Assembly (NCBI RefSeq): GCF_964204645.1
Contig: NC_134027.1
Span: 23,398,560 to 23,462,559, forward strand
Direction of reading: 5' to 3'
Source: Tubulanus polymorphus
Taxonomy: Eukaryota; Animalia; Nemertea
Length of the DNA: 64,000 nucleotides
Each line of letters starts with the position of its first letter. Positions within the stretch are counted from its first letter, which is position 1. Of this stretch, positions 48,318 through 61,004 are shown piece after piece. The notes beneath the pieces were generated by a model, which did not search any database, was not told where the DNA came from, and was given only the letters and a program-made list of their open reading frames with translations. A program made the translations under genes and the position numbers.

Positions 48318-51300
48318 TCAAGACAATTTCGCCTGCTCCTCCAGAAACAGTAATTGATCGACAAGAAAACAGTCACTCATATTATCGACGATGTCGATGA
48401 GACCCTTGTGAATTTTGTTCTCGTCCTGAGTCGTTTTGCGAGCGTTCTTCAGGTAATCGTAAACTTTCTGAAAGTTTTTGTCGCCGAGAGCCTTCTCGCA
48501 TTCACTGCGGCAGACGAATGAAGGAATTTAACACCGAAACTGATGGAAGTTTGTTAGATGTTAATCAGTGTGCTTAAATACTACCATAAAAAGCTCAGTC
48601 GCAGAAAAGTTGGTTGAAACCAGTATTTGTTTACCACAGTACGGGGATTGTTTAACCCTTTCAGTGCGTCTACACCGCAGTGGGGTGTACGAATCAGTGA
48701 TGGATTTTGCTAGTACACCGCACTGTGGAGTATTGATTTAATTAGTAATTACTAATTATCTCTCTTGAAAGATGGCAGCACCTGTCAAACATAGTGAAAT
48801 ATTAGTAACTAACGATATACCGCGCCAGGGTGTAGACGCACTATAGTGCTATTCCCGTTATTCAACACACTAGGGTGGAATTTTTACAGAATTTTCAAAT
48901 TATCTTCAGCACTATAGGGTATTAATTAGCCAGCACTGAAAGGGTTAATGAAACATCATCCAAATTAACGGCACATTGAGATACCGTGGTACAGGGATCA
49001 GTAACTGAACAGTAGCTAAATCATATCTTACCATAAATACCATGGTACAGGGATCAATTACCAAAACGTTAACCATGTTTAGTCTAAATACAAGTCAAGT
49101 GGTTATTCGTTCCATGTTAACTGGAATTGAAATACTGAGCGTCCTTTTTGGAAACTGACCCCAGACGTAGTTTGATTATTGTAAAAAGATACGCTCTCAT
49201 ATTCTTGATCTTAATCTCACGCACCGTTGGACCGTAAGCACCTGCCTTCACGTCGTCCATAATCGTGGCCGTATGCCCTACAAATAAACGCAATAAATTG
49301 ATGAATGAGGGTTCCGCAATCGACTGTTTGCAACTGAGGATTAACCAGGTATGTGCGTGCAGTAGATCACCCACAACTGCGGCAGTAAAAGAATCCAATT
49401 TTGGTCGGTAAAGATCCACAAATTGCCAACAGTCAGGAGTAAACAGTCGATTGCTAGCGTGCTATGCATGGCCATCACGCATATTAGACGAGAAGATACA
49501 CAATATCCGTGTATGATGATGACGAGAGAAATCCCACAATAACGATGCCAAGATTGAAAAATTCTATATCAGAATGATTGCATTTGAGGAGCGACGTTTC
49601 GGCTAACAACTGTTAACCATCATCAGGCATACTGAGTGCATATTGATCACATTCCTCATATTGTCCACCAAATGGCCATCGATATTGTGACTAGTGATTT
49701 CAAGTAGCCATCTAACCTGTTCACTATCAATTTAAACCAAAATTTCGGTCACTTACTAAGCCAATATTTTACCACTGCGAAGTTTTGGTCGGCTATATAC
49801 GACCTGTAAAAGTGTGCTAGTACAGCACAGTACACTACTACACATAGGTGTTTATTATTGATTAGCAAGAGACAAGACTGCTTTCATTGTGGATCCTATG
49901 CAGCATCAAAAATGTCTGGGGGTAACAGGGTTAAAAAATCGATCGGGTATCCAATCTTCCAATTCAAATGAATGACGAACAGAAAATGAACCCAATCTGA
50001 GACATGATTTGCCTCAGACTGAAAATCAAAATGAAAGTCATCGAAAGTCAATATTAGTTCATTTTTGATCTAGTAAGTCCTACTGTTGTAGGAACGCCAC
50101 CTGGTGGGGAAACATCTAGACTACGAACCTAATTCTCCCGCATCAGTCGAAGCTAAAGCACTTTCCATACAATCTATCAAATCTCCGTATTCATCATCGC
50201 TGAATTCATCCTGCTGCTCGTCGTCGCTGCCAGAGGGCGCTTCATCTTCTTCAAAATCGTTGTATTGAGAGTAGTATGTTTCGGCTAATTGAGGTTCATC
50301 GGGAATTCCTGAAAAACAAGAGTTCAGGATATATACTTGACTCACTTTCTCAGATAAAGTTGGACCCAGTAAAGTGTATCTGAGGTTTAAGACTCATGCT
50401 CGAGTTTATTGAGTCCTATCTGAGTTCTAAGAACCATAACTGAGTTCATACAGTCCTATTTGAGTTCGAAGAGTCATGCTTGAGTTCAAAGAGTACGATC
50501 TGAGTTCTAAGAGTCGTGTTCAAGTTCATTGAGTCCTATCTGATTTCTAAGAGTCATGCTCGAGTTCATAGAGTGTGATCTGAGTTCTAAGAACCATAAC
50601 TGAGTTCATTCAGTCCTATCTGAGTTCTAAAGTCATGCTCTCAAGTTCATAGAGTCCTATCTGAGTTCTAAGAGTCATGCTCGAGTTCATAGAGTCCTAT
50701 CTGAGTTCTAAGAACCATAACTGAGTTCATACAGTCCTATCTGAGTTTTAAGAATCATGCTCGAGTTCATAGAGTACGATCTGAGTTCTAAGAGTCATGC
50801 TCACGTTCATGGAGTCCTGAGTTCTAAAGGTCATACCCGAGTTCATGGAGTCCTATCTGATTTTTAAGAGTCATGCTCGAGTTCATAGAGTACGATCTGA
50901 GTTCTAAGAACCATAACTGAGTTCATACAGTCCTATCTGAGTTCTAAGAATCATGCTCGAGTTCATAGAGTACGATCTGAGTTCTAAGAGTCATGCTCAC
51001 GTTCATGGAGTCCTGAGTTCTAAAGGTCATACCCGAGTTCATGGAGTCCTATCTGATTTTTAAGAGTCATGCTCGAGTTCATGGAGTCCTATCTGAGTTT
51101 TAAGAATCATGCTCGAGTTCATAGAGTACGATCTGAGTTCTAAGAGTCATGCTCACGTTCATGGAGTCCTGAGTTCTAAAGGTCATACCCGAGTTCATGG
51201 AGTCCTATCTGATTTTTAAGAGTCATGCTCGAGTTCATAGAGTACGATCTGAGTTCTAAGAACCATAACTGAGTTCATACAGTCCTATCTGAGTTCTAAG

Positions 51301-54300
51301 AATCATGCTCGAGTTCATAGAGTACGATCTGAGTTCTAAGAGTCATGCTCAAGTTCATGGAGTCCTATCTGAGTTCTAAAGGTCATACCCGAGTTCATGG
51401 AGTCCTATCTGATTTTTAAGAGTCATACCCGAGTTCATGGAGTCCTATCTGAGTTTTAAGAATCATGCTCGAGTTCATAGAGTACGATCTGAGTTCTAAG
51501 AACCATAACTGAGTTCATACAGTCCTATCTGAGTTTTAAGAATCATGCTCGAGTTCATAGAGTACGATCTGAGTTCTAAGAGTCATGCTCACGTTCATGG
51601 AGTCCTGAGTTCTAAAGGTCATACCCGAGTTCATGGAGTCCTATCTGATTTTTAAGAGTCATGCTCGAGTTCATGGAGTCCTATCTGAGTTTTAAGAATC
51701 ATGCTCGAGTTCATAGAGTACGATCTGAGTTCTAAGAGTCATGCTCACGTTCATGGAGTCCTGAGTTCTAAAGGTCATACCCGAGTTCATGGAGTCCTAT
51801 CTGATTTTTAAGAGTCATGCTCGAGTTCATAGAGTACGATCTGAGTTCTAAGAACCATAACTGAGTTCATACAGTCCTATCTGAGTTCTAAGAATCATGC
51901 TCGAGTTCATAGAGTACGATCTGAGTTCTAAGAGTCATGCTCAAGTTCATGGAGTCCTATCTGAGTTCTAAAGGTCATACCCGAGTTCATGGAGTCCTAT
52001 CTGATTTTTAAGAGTCATACCCGAGTTCATGGAGTCCTATCTGAGTTCTAAGAGTCATGCTTGAGTTCATAGAGTTCTAAGAACGATAACTCATGAGTTC
52101 ATAAGAGTCCCATCTAAGTTTCAAAAGCCATATAACTGAATTCATGTCATGTTTGAGTTCATAGAAACCTTTCTAAGTTCTAAGGGTTCTATCGTAGAAT
52201 CCTGTCAAGAATTCAAAGGCGCCTATTTCAGTTCTAGGAGCCCTACCAGAGTTTATAAAGTCCAATCTGAGTTAAAGGAGTTCAGAGAGTGATATTTGGG
52301 TTCTAGAAATTGAAAATTCTATTTTCGGTACCATCTTTAAAATCGAGTGATGAATGTTCCATATTGTAAACCATCGTATTTTTCATCGGCGTTATGGGTC
52401 GATCGTCCGATGCCCTGTGGTAAACTGGCTGTAATAAAGTGCCCTCGTCTTTCACTGTCTGTTCTTCATCTCTCTCCATCAGAGCAGAGTTATACGCGCG
52501 AAGAGTTTCATCATTGTCATCGTCATCATTACCAACAACAATATCATCATCATCATCATGGTACACTAGAATTATATGTAGATTAGTATCCAATAGAGAA
52601 GTAATAAGTGATTTCATGATACGGTAAACAGTGCATAATTCAGAGATGGCTAATTCTGACTTCTAGCAAGCTTCGCTGAAGCAAGCAAATTCTAGATCAG
52701 TTGGAGCGACAATGGGTCTTCACGACATAAATTAGGGTTTCTAAAATTATAACTTCAAACATTTTGTAGTCTGGGGTACACAGGGCAATCAGCATCTACT
52801 GTATTTAAACCGATGATTAAAACTGATTGTATTTTCCTTGAGGGAGGGCAGATTTTCCAGGTGACTATGACATCACCGAACCCATTTTGTAAGCACCAAT
52901 GAAGCAAAACTTTGCAAGGAGGGTGCAAAGGGGCGTCCTGGCAAAAATTTTGAAAATTAGAAATATTTGTCGGGAGATGCATTCTTCAGTTACTTTTGCA
53001 GATGACAGTACATGGTTACAGTTGAATTAAAAATTCCCAGGCTTTTCCCGAGTATTTCATGGGTGATTCATGCTACAGTCAACATCTTAGTGGGGACTGG
53101 TCGATAAGGTGAAGAAAGTTACCCTTGGCAAATGCAATACATGAAATGTAAATGAATTTCCCAAACATCTCCCCGATTTGAGGGAAATTTTTCAAATTCC
53201 CAAATATTTCCCAACTGGGAATTATTATTTCAAATTCCCAAGTTTTTCCCAATATCCATTATGTGGGAACCATGGAATGAGTCGAAGATGGTTGGCGCCA
53301 GCAGCACTACCATGTTTGCCCACTCTGGTAACTTACTGGGAGCTGGTTTAGGATCGACGGGAAGGTTGTATCTGATATCGTGTATTCGTGTTTTCTGTTC
53401 GGCAGACCGCGACCACGGAGGAGGCTAAAATCACACAAACGTTTCACTATACAGCACGGTACGAAATATACGTTCGAACAGGTTCGAAAACTTGCACAAA
53501 CATATCTATTTACCTTCGAAGAATCAAACGATAACTTTGTGGCTGACCTTTGCGTTTGGTTCGCTAAAAACTGGGCTTTTGCGGCTTCTCTGAAATTTCA
53601 AAAGATCCAAATCATTCAAAACCATGCACTGCTTCTATGCGTCATTTTTCTTTTTTATTCAAATCAATATATACACTAGATGCTCCTTGCAGTTATAAAG
53701 TGATAAAGGTTCATCGTAAAATAAATTGAAGTAGGAAAAACATTTCTTCAGGAATAATCTGAGGGAATTGGCTTCCTGGCAAGCAGAGTCTACTGTACCT
53801 CCGTATGTTTTTGAGGATTTGTATCTACAAGGCAAGCATATCACAGGATAGTTGGAGTCACGATGGATCATCATCAAAGTTTTCAAAATTTACAAGGAGC
53901 CTATCGGCTTATATAGCTCCACTGTGTGATTTGAAGAAATAGAAACCCCAAACCTAGGGACATCCCTCATGGCCAAACCCAAAAAAGGGCTCTGTACTTT
54001 GTAGGTATTGGTCCATAGAATATTCATACCAAATTTGGAATTGATCTGATTAAAACTGTAGGACTAGTAGCCATTTGAAGAAATAGAAGCCTGGCCCCAG
54101 TGTCGCCCCTGGAAGACAAATCCGCAAAATGCTATGTTACTTGGTAGGTCTTGGTCCATAGAGCATTCATACCAAATTTGGAATTGATCTGATTAAAACT
54201 GTAGGACAAGTAGCCATTTGGAGAATTAGAAGCCCACCCCCAGTGTCGCCCCTGGAAGACAAATCCTCAAAATGCTATGTTACTTGGTAGGTGTTGGTCC

Positions 54301-57300
54301 ATAGAGCATTCATACCAAATTTGGAATTGATCTGATTAAAACTGTAGGACAAGTAGCCATTTGAAGAATTAGAAGCCCACCCCCAGTGTCGCCCCTGGAA
54401 GACAAATCCGCAAAATGCTATGTTACTTGGTAGGTCTTGGTCCATAGAGCATTCATACCAAATTTGGAATTGATCTGATTAAAACTGTCTAGAACAATTT
54501 GAAGAAAGCGATTTGAAGAAATAGTAGGAGCCCCCATCCCCTTGTTCCATACAATATTCATAACAAACTTGACACGATGAACGATCGTCCCCCCGAACCG
54601 ATCAACTATCGGTCACAGCAGAGCTAAAAATCTAAACAATTTTGTCATTTTGTTGTCTAGGGTATGCAACGCAATCAGTTCCGTGGCAAGCGGAATGTAC
54701 TGTATTTCAAACTGACTGTATTTTTCTGTATTCCTCGTCGGCCTTCTGTTGTTTTCGCAGCCGCATTCGTTCCCTCGCCGACAAATTCTTCCACTTGTCC
54801 TGTTTTTCTTTCTCCTGCAGATCTCGTAGTTTGTATTTAACTCTACTACAAACAAAGACGACCTCCCCGAGTTACAACACGCTCTACAGAAATTGCTTGT
54901 TTATAAAATGTGACGATTAATTCATTTTCAAACGAATGATGTATTGATAAAGAAACTTGCAGTCGATAGCTTATCAAAATTCAATAAGTTTTACAGGTTT
55001 CTGACAAAATTTGTCAAGTTCCCTGAGTTAACCCATATTTTTCTGGTTCTCAATGAGGTGTTAAGGTATTCCACATCACCCGCCACCCTGCCGGGAAATT
55101 TTACCTCAGTATTCTCTACAATTACCATCTGAAGGTTGAGGTGGTGGGTCTACTCAGTGTTTTCAATAAGAAATTAACAAGCCAGGTCCCTTTGAAAAAC
55201 AGGAGGGTCCCATAATATGTCACAGTACCTGATACGAAAGCTGGTTTTAAAAAACACAGGTGGGTTCTTTAGAAACGACAGACGGGTCTGGGACCTGGGA
55301 CCTGGCTCTCATTGAAAACACCGGTCTACTCTATTTGGGGAGAAGATAAAACCCGCTGAAACGAAAGGATTCTACTTACAGCACTTGAGCGATATCAGCA
55401 GTGTCTTTGGTAGCTATCACAGTCGAATCTTTAGCGTAACGTTTTTCGCTCATCGTTTCTTTCATTCGCTGCGAAACAGACGAAACATGAAAATAAGATA
55501 AAATCCCACTATTTACAGATTAAAAGAATTTAAAAACCAGGGGCCGGTTGCTCAAAAGTTGCTTAGAGTTAACCAGTGGATAGTTGATATGGTGACAATT
55601 GAAATTTCATTGTTACTATGGTATTTAACGGCCGCTTATCTTTAACCAACTTTTGAGCAACTGGCCCCGTAATTTATTCATTCAATCAAAAATAAAAGAC
55701 ACGACGTTTCGATCTCACCCTAGAGATCATCGTCAGGTGTGAACACGAAACATCGTGTCTTTTATATATCTTTGATTGAATAAATAAATTCTGGTTTTTA
55801 AATTCTTTTAATCTGTAAATAGTGGGATTTTATCTTATTATCCATTCACCACGTTTGAGTGTGGTTATCGTTCGAAAAATGAAAATATTTGACGAGAGAA
55901 ATCCCACGACGATTCAGACTTTATTACGAGAAAAGTTTCGGCTAAACACTATTAGCCATCATCAGGCGTACTGATGATGGCAGTACGCTTGATGATTCTA
56001 TTCAAGAATTTTTCACCTTTGACTGAATAATTGTGGGATTTCTCTCGTCATCCGTCCAGGGATGAAAACGGCCCATATTGAAAAAGTATTGAAAATATTT
56101 TCAAAAAAAAGAATTTTTTTTGGGAACAAAAATCAGTTACTTTTAGCCAAAAAACTTACTTCCTTTTGGTCAAAATGTAAATAGTTTGGGCCTGAATTAG
56201 AGCCGCTTTTTGAATGAGACACCATATTGGTTTCTCCGAATCCACAGTTGTGCTAACAACTGCCGAAAACCGTCTTAAGGAGCACTCCTAACTACGGAGC
56301 GCTCCGATGTGACACCCGCGATTGAGGCGATTAAAGCAATTGAGGTGATTTACACTGTTCTCAGGAATAAAGAAAATGTTAGAAAAGGTCGGAAATCCGT
56401 CTATGGTCGGAAGATTTTCATCCCTGTCCATCTTACACGGATAGTGTTTATCTTCTCGACTCATTAGAATATTTATACAGGACCAACTTCTGGCGTTTTA
56501 TTTTCCATTGATGAGGTCTTGCAATGTTTTTTTTTAATCGAATTACTATTATGTAGCGTATTACATACCTCCATTTGTTTTGCAATAAATGACATTTTCA
56601 GAACTTCCCCGGCTGATGGGCGTTCTACAGGATTTTTAGTTAACATTCTGTAAGGAAAATGTATAGATTATCGGAATGCTGTAGCTAAACAAGTTTTTAG
56701 TCTCAGTCATAGCTGTAGGCCTTTTGCCCCCCCCCCCTGTTCACGAATTACATGCTAATTGGTCAAATTCCCTGAGTTTTCCCAGATAATAATTTCGAGA
56801 TTTTTCTGATTCCTCAAACTTTCCAGGTTTCCCAGGTCAGAGGCCATCATGATGTAATCAGAATCCAGTTCCACAGTTGTGTGGGTTTAATTCTACTCTG
56901 AACTCAGTCCCGCGCAGTGGTGCGCAGTGAATTTCGTTCCGGATAATTACCGTTTTAAAACCGCAGTTATTTGGCTGGTGTATTGCGATGGCATTTCCGG
57001 GCATTGGCCCTCGACGATTTTATACATGACTCCCATCAGGTTTTGACCTTCGAACGCGTGCTGTAAGGCACATAACTCATACAGTATACAACCCACCGAC
57101 CTGAAATACGAATGCCAATACGAATACCATGAACAGGCGCGGATCTAGGCGGTCTTACAGGCCTTCTGGAAGACCCTCGAAAGGGCTTCGCGCTGAAGCA
57201 GTGTTAGCTTCGCGCACTGTGCTCGGTGTGTTATCAGTGCCCTTTTCTTTTAGATATGCCCCTAGAATTCTGAGAAGACCCCTAGATCTGCCCCTCATGA

Positions 57301-60300
57301 ACATAGTTTTAGATGAGAGGGTGCCTTTCCTGGCCTACTATGGTAGCTTAACCCATTAGCACGCAGGAATTTCACTATGTAGGTTATCTAATAATCCAAT
57401 GAAAAGGAGAAAATTTGGTTAAAATCCCAGTTATGGACTTCGAAATGAATTCCGTAAATTCCTCCGATCATCCAACTATATATGTACTTTAATTTCTTCG
57501 TTTCCAGCAGGTGTGTAGGGTTCGTAAGCGTTACAAAAATCTAAATTAATCAATCAATCGAACAAATAAGAAGGGAAATGCCCTATTTCAAGATCTAATA
57601 CAATCTAATTTGAAACCAATACATTTGTAACACTACACAATGATACAGACAATATCCCAAAATATATGGTTAGTTCAGTCTGGCAGACTGAACACTTGAG
57701 CCACAATGCAATGATAGTGGTGCCAAGGTAAGATTCAATCTATTAGGGAGCAGATGATAAAATTCATACCATTTCATAATTGGCGCCATCTATAGGGTTG
57801 TGTTCAATTTAGCGGATAATACAATTCGTAATGCTACACAATGATATAGACAATATTGCCATCTATATGGTAAAGTTTGAGCGGTAAACTGATATAAATA
57901 TCAGTATATCAGAGTACCTGGTAAATGCGTGAAACCTACAGTTGATGGTAAAACAGTTTATTCTGAAATTTTTACTAAACTTCATCATCAGAGAAACAAA
58001 AAACGTTATCATTTTTCTGATGATGTTAAGTCAAAACTGTCAAAATAAATCGTTAAATCATCAACTGTGGGTTCCCTCGTTAACCCTTTCAGTGCTGACA
58101 AATCAATACCTAATAGTGCTGGAGATAATTTGAAAATTTTTAAAAATTCCACAGTGTTTTGAATAATAGGAATACCGCTATCGTGTGTCTACACCACAGC
58201 TCGATGTATCGTTAGTTACTGGTATTTCACTATGTTTGACAGGTGCTGCCATTTTTCAATAGAGATAATTACTAATTACTAATTACATCAATACACCGCA
58301 GTGCGGTGTACTTGCAAAATCCATCACCGATTCATGCACCGCACTGCAATGAGTAAGTTTGATCTATAGTCGGGTTGGAGAAGATCTTATTGCATTCATT
58401 GTAGACTCAAAATCAATTCGCGGATCGATATACATTTCACGCGACGGACAGACTTACCAAACGTCCGATTTCGAGTTATATCCTTCGTGTTTCAGAACTT
58501 CCGGACTCATGTAGTACGGCGTGCCCGTGAACGTCGACGCCATATCCGACGTTCCCATCAAAATCCTCGATATTCCGAAATCGCCGATTTTTATCATGTT
58601 ATTACGAAGAAATATATTCCTAGGCAAAAAAAGAACGACTTCACATGAATATAACCAATCTGATACAGAAAATATCATTAAATATATGTAATAGGAAGTA
58701 AATATGAAATAGATATTTTTCTTAGAGAATGCCTGACCTCGTTTTAAGATCCCTGTGTAGAATACTCCTAGAAAAGAAAAAAGAAAAATATGTTGGATCC
58801 AGTTGAAATCTAATTGGGTTCTACATGCACGGCTGCCTACTTCTGACGAGTACTTTCACTGATAACTCAAAACTTTTTTTCAGGAACATTTCAAGAAAAT
58901 CGGATTGCTCGTTGTAAGATCGGCGAGGAAGATTTCATGAAAAACTATAAATGGGAAACCCGCGCTAACATAAAACCGGATATCTGATCGGCTAATAATG
59001 ACATCATCGAAGCATCGAAGGGTTTCGTAGCATGGCAAGCCTCGATGCCGTCAGGTTCGAATCTCTGCTAGGGAGGATAGAGGGAAAATAAGAAAAGATT
59101 GGGACGAAATGGGAAGGGTGGAATGGGAAGACATCAAATAAAGATAATTCCAGAAAATTCAGTATTGTATATTTACTGGGAATGCATGTATTGCACAGCT
59201 AACAGCAGTTGAACGAGCCAGTCCAGAATCAACGTTTCATCGAAGGATTTTCCACTTTTATTCATTTGAGAAATTTGCACGTCTAAATCTCCACCCTACA
59301 AAAAAGAGTTAGAATCATTTGGTTTTTTGGGCTCCACATTTTTTGTAATGGGAATACAGGCTAAAATCTCAAACCAAATCAACTAAAGATTTCGCAGAAA
59401 TCGATCTTGAAATACAATTGTAAATCTTAAAATAAAACCCGGAAGTAAAACGATAGACGATACCGCGGGTTCATGTGAACACCTGCTGATTTCTGCGGCT
59501 AAACCAATCATAGAGGAGTCTTTGCCTTCTGATTGGCGAAAAGCTCATATACATTTTAACGAGGCCCTTTTTCATAATTCAGCTCCATAAGATTTAGAGA
59601 ATGGATAATGCTTTAATGAATGATTTGTATGAATATATGCCCATTTGCGGAGTCAAAGAGCCTTAGCTCTGGAAACCATGTCATTTAAATTAACTCCATT
59701 TGTATAGTGTAAGGCTCAGCCTATGGCTGGCCTAAAAGATGAAGGTTTATTGAAAACACATTTGAACGTTTCCTAACAACCCCCATCAGTCATTCCGATA
59801 GCTAGTGATCTTATCGCCACTGGTAAGAGCCGCGATCACACTAGCATTTTTGGCCCAGGCCAAATTTGACCCGTGCCAAATTTTGCCCGGAACAACTGTT
59901 CACACAGGTGCCAAACGGGCCCGAGCCTGTTTGGCCCTGGCCAAATTGGTCCGACCAAAAACGTCGGACCAGGCTCGAGCCAAATTTTAGCACCAGACAA
60001 ATGATTGCGTTTGAATTGCAACTGGCACCGGAAATGATCCACTTGGCTTTGTTCAGTATCGAGTGGATGGTTTGCGTGTGAACAAGCTCTCTAATAAGGC
60101 ACGGGCCAAATTTGGCTCAAGCCTGAACGGTGCCAATTTGGCCCGGGCTTAATCGTGTGCGCCGTGTGATCGCGGCTGAGGTTTCATATAATCGCATCGA
60201 CTTGTATCAACGTTAGGGACAACGCGGGCAATAACATGGTTTGAAAAAGGATCGATTTATCTTTTTTAACTCATACACATACCTCGCAATATTCCGTAAC

Positions 60301-61004
60301 GATGCAGAAGTATTCTCCGTCCAGGAACTTGTCGTAGAATTTGACGATGTTCGGGTGATCGAGTTTCGCCAATAGATTAGCTTCGTGTACGGCGTCGACC
60401 GTTTCATCCGGCAACAAATCACCGACGGGAATCTCCTTCAAAACTTTACTGCTCGGTCAAATTTCAGCGTGAGAGAGGAAAAAAAACAGAACTTACAAGG
60501 ACTCCCGCGAGATTATCAAAAACTCGAGAGCCCCATTTATTTACGGGCTCTTTTTTTAGAAATGGCAAATAGCAAAATCAAAAATTTTGTCAAAAAAAGT
60601 GAATCCAATTGCCAAAAATTCTGGAAAGGATACTCTAACATCGGTCATCTCTCCCTGTGAAAAAGTAACACCGAGGGCTAACAAGCGCTTAGGAGTCATC
60701 TATCAGGCCAGTTACCCATTTTTTCCTGGGTGCAGAGAGGTAATGAGGATAAGTGTCTCGCCCGGGGACACTACGGTAATGTACAGGGTTTGAGCTGACG
60801 ACCTGGCTTCCCAGAGTCGAACAGGTAACACATTTGATGGAGACTAACTTACAGTCGATTCGCCTCGTCGGTGCATTTCAGATCGGTCACCAAAAATGCC
60901 GTGCCGAAATTACCACTGCCGAGTCTCTTCTCAACCTGGTACCGATTCGCCAACACCCTCTTCTTGGCGGAGGCTTTATCCTTTACGGTTCTTCTCAGCG
61001 GCAT
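48318..61004 (-). CDS. NEK11: NIMA-related Ser/Thr kinase NEK11 (about 641 aa, 15 coding exons)
   Basis: Exons (minus) 61004-60853, 60448-60283, 59295-59177, 58767-58738, 58619-58458, 57100-56951, 56647-56569, 55468-55380, 54845-54717, 53589-53514, 53424-53337, 52565-52332, 50308-50129, 49277-49193, 48504-48318 (1926 nt, open). Motifs [73 protein letters not shown] match NEK11 as I recall it. Confidence 0.92.
48656..48944. mobile_element. piggyBac-type MITE with TTAA TSD; truncated inverted copy about 58080-58348
   Basis: TTAA-CCCTTTCAGTGC ... GCACTGAAAGGG-TTAA. Confidence 0.85.
49485..49635 (-). mobile_element. Penelope-like end with hammerhead motif, family H2 (second copy about 55890-56050 plus 56427-56465)
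   Basis: Minus strand GC-CTGATGA-T-GGTTAAC-agtt-GTTAGCC-GAA-ACGT-C-GC at 49591-49628; shares GACGAGAGAAATCCCAC with the 55890 hairpin. Confidence 0.6.
50370..52280. repeat. About 40-bp (2x20) minisatellite with 592-bp higher-order structure, NEK11 intron 12
   Basis: Unit GAGTTCATAGAGTCCTATCTGAGTTCTAAGAGTCATGCTC; a diagnostic variant recurs at 50801, 50997, 51153, 51589 and 51745. Confidence 0.95.
53925..54530. repeat. 143-bp tandem repeat, about 4 copies, NEK11 intron 9
   Basis: CATACCAAATTTGG at 54025, 54168, 54311 and 54454. Confidence 0.92.
55156..55323. mobile_element. MITE with CAGTGTTTTCAAT TIR and GTCTACT TSD
   Basis: cagtgttttcaataaga / tctcattgaaaacaccg; GTCTACT on both flanks; related internal sequence at about 61710-61740. 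Confidence 0.65.
55493..55872 (-). mobile_element. Hairpin retroelement family H1 with a nested MITE (55540-55668)
   Basis: Same arms and tail as 34046-34312; flanking repeat CGAAA(C/A)ATGAAAATA at 55481-55495 and 55873-55887; nested TIR ggggccggttgctcaaaagttg / caacttttgagcaactggcccc. Confidence 0.75.
55699..55740 (-). ncRNA. Minimal type I hammerhead ribozyme motif (Penelope-type)
   Basis: RNA ACAC-CUGACGA-U-GAUCUC-uagggu-GAGAUC-GAA-ACGU-C-GUGU: stem I 4 bp, stem II 6 bp, palindromic ACGU stem III, GUC cleavage triplet. Confidence 0.7.
56057..56426. mobile_element. MITE with CAGGGATGAAAA TIR inserted into the H2 element
   Basis: cagggatgaaaa / ttttcatccctg; flanks TCCGTC and TCCATC. Confidence 0.6.
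57133..57296. mobile_element. Small hAT-like MITE
   Basis: caggcgcggatctagg / cctagatctgcccctc; ATGAA on both flanks. Confidence 0.55.
59829..60177. mobile_element. Harbinger-like MITE with internal GCCAAATTT repeats
   Basis: agccgcgatcacac / gtgtgatcgcggct. Confidence 0.7.

Noticed and set aside
50370-52280. CRISPR-like appearance of the regular repeat
   Set aside because: No unique spacers, no cas genes, eukaryotic intron; it is a minisatellite.
58843-58875. CTGACGAG..AAAAC as another hammerhead
   Set aside because: Lacks GAAA after a plausible stem II and has no stem I or III.
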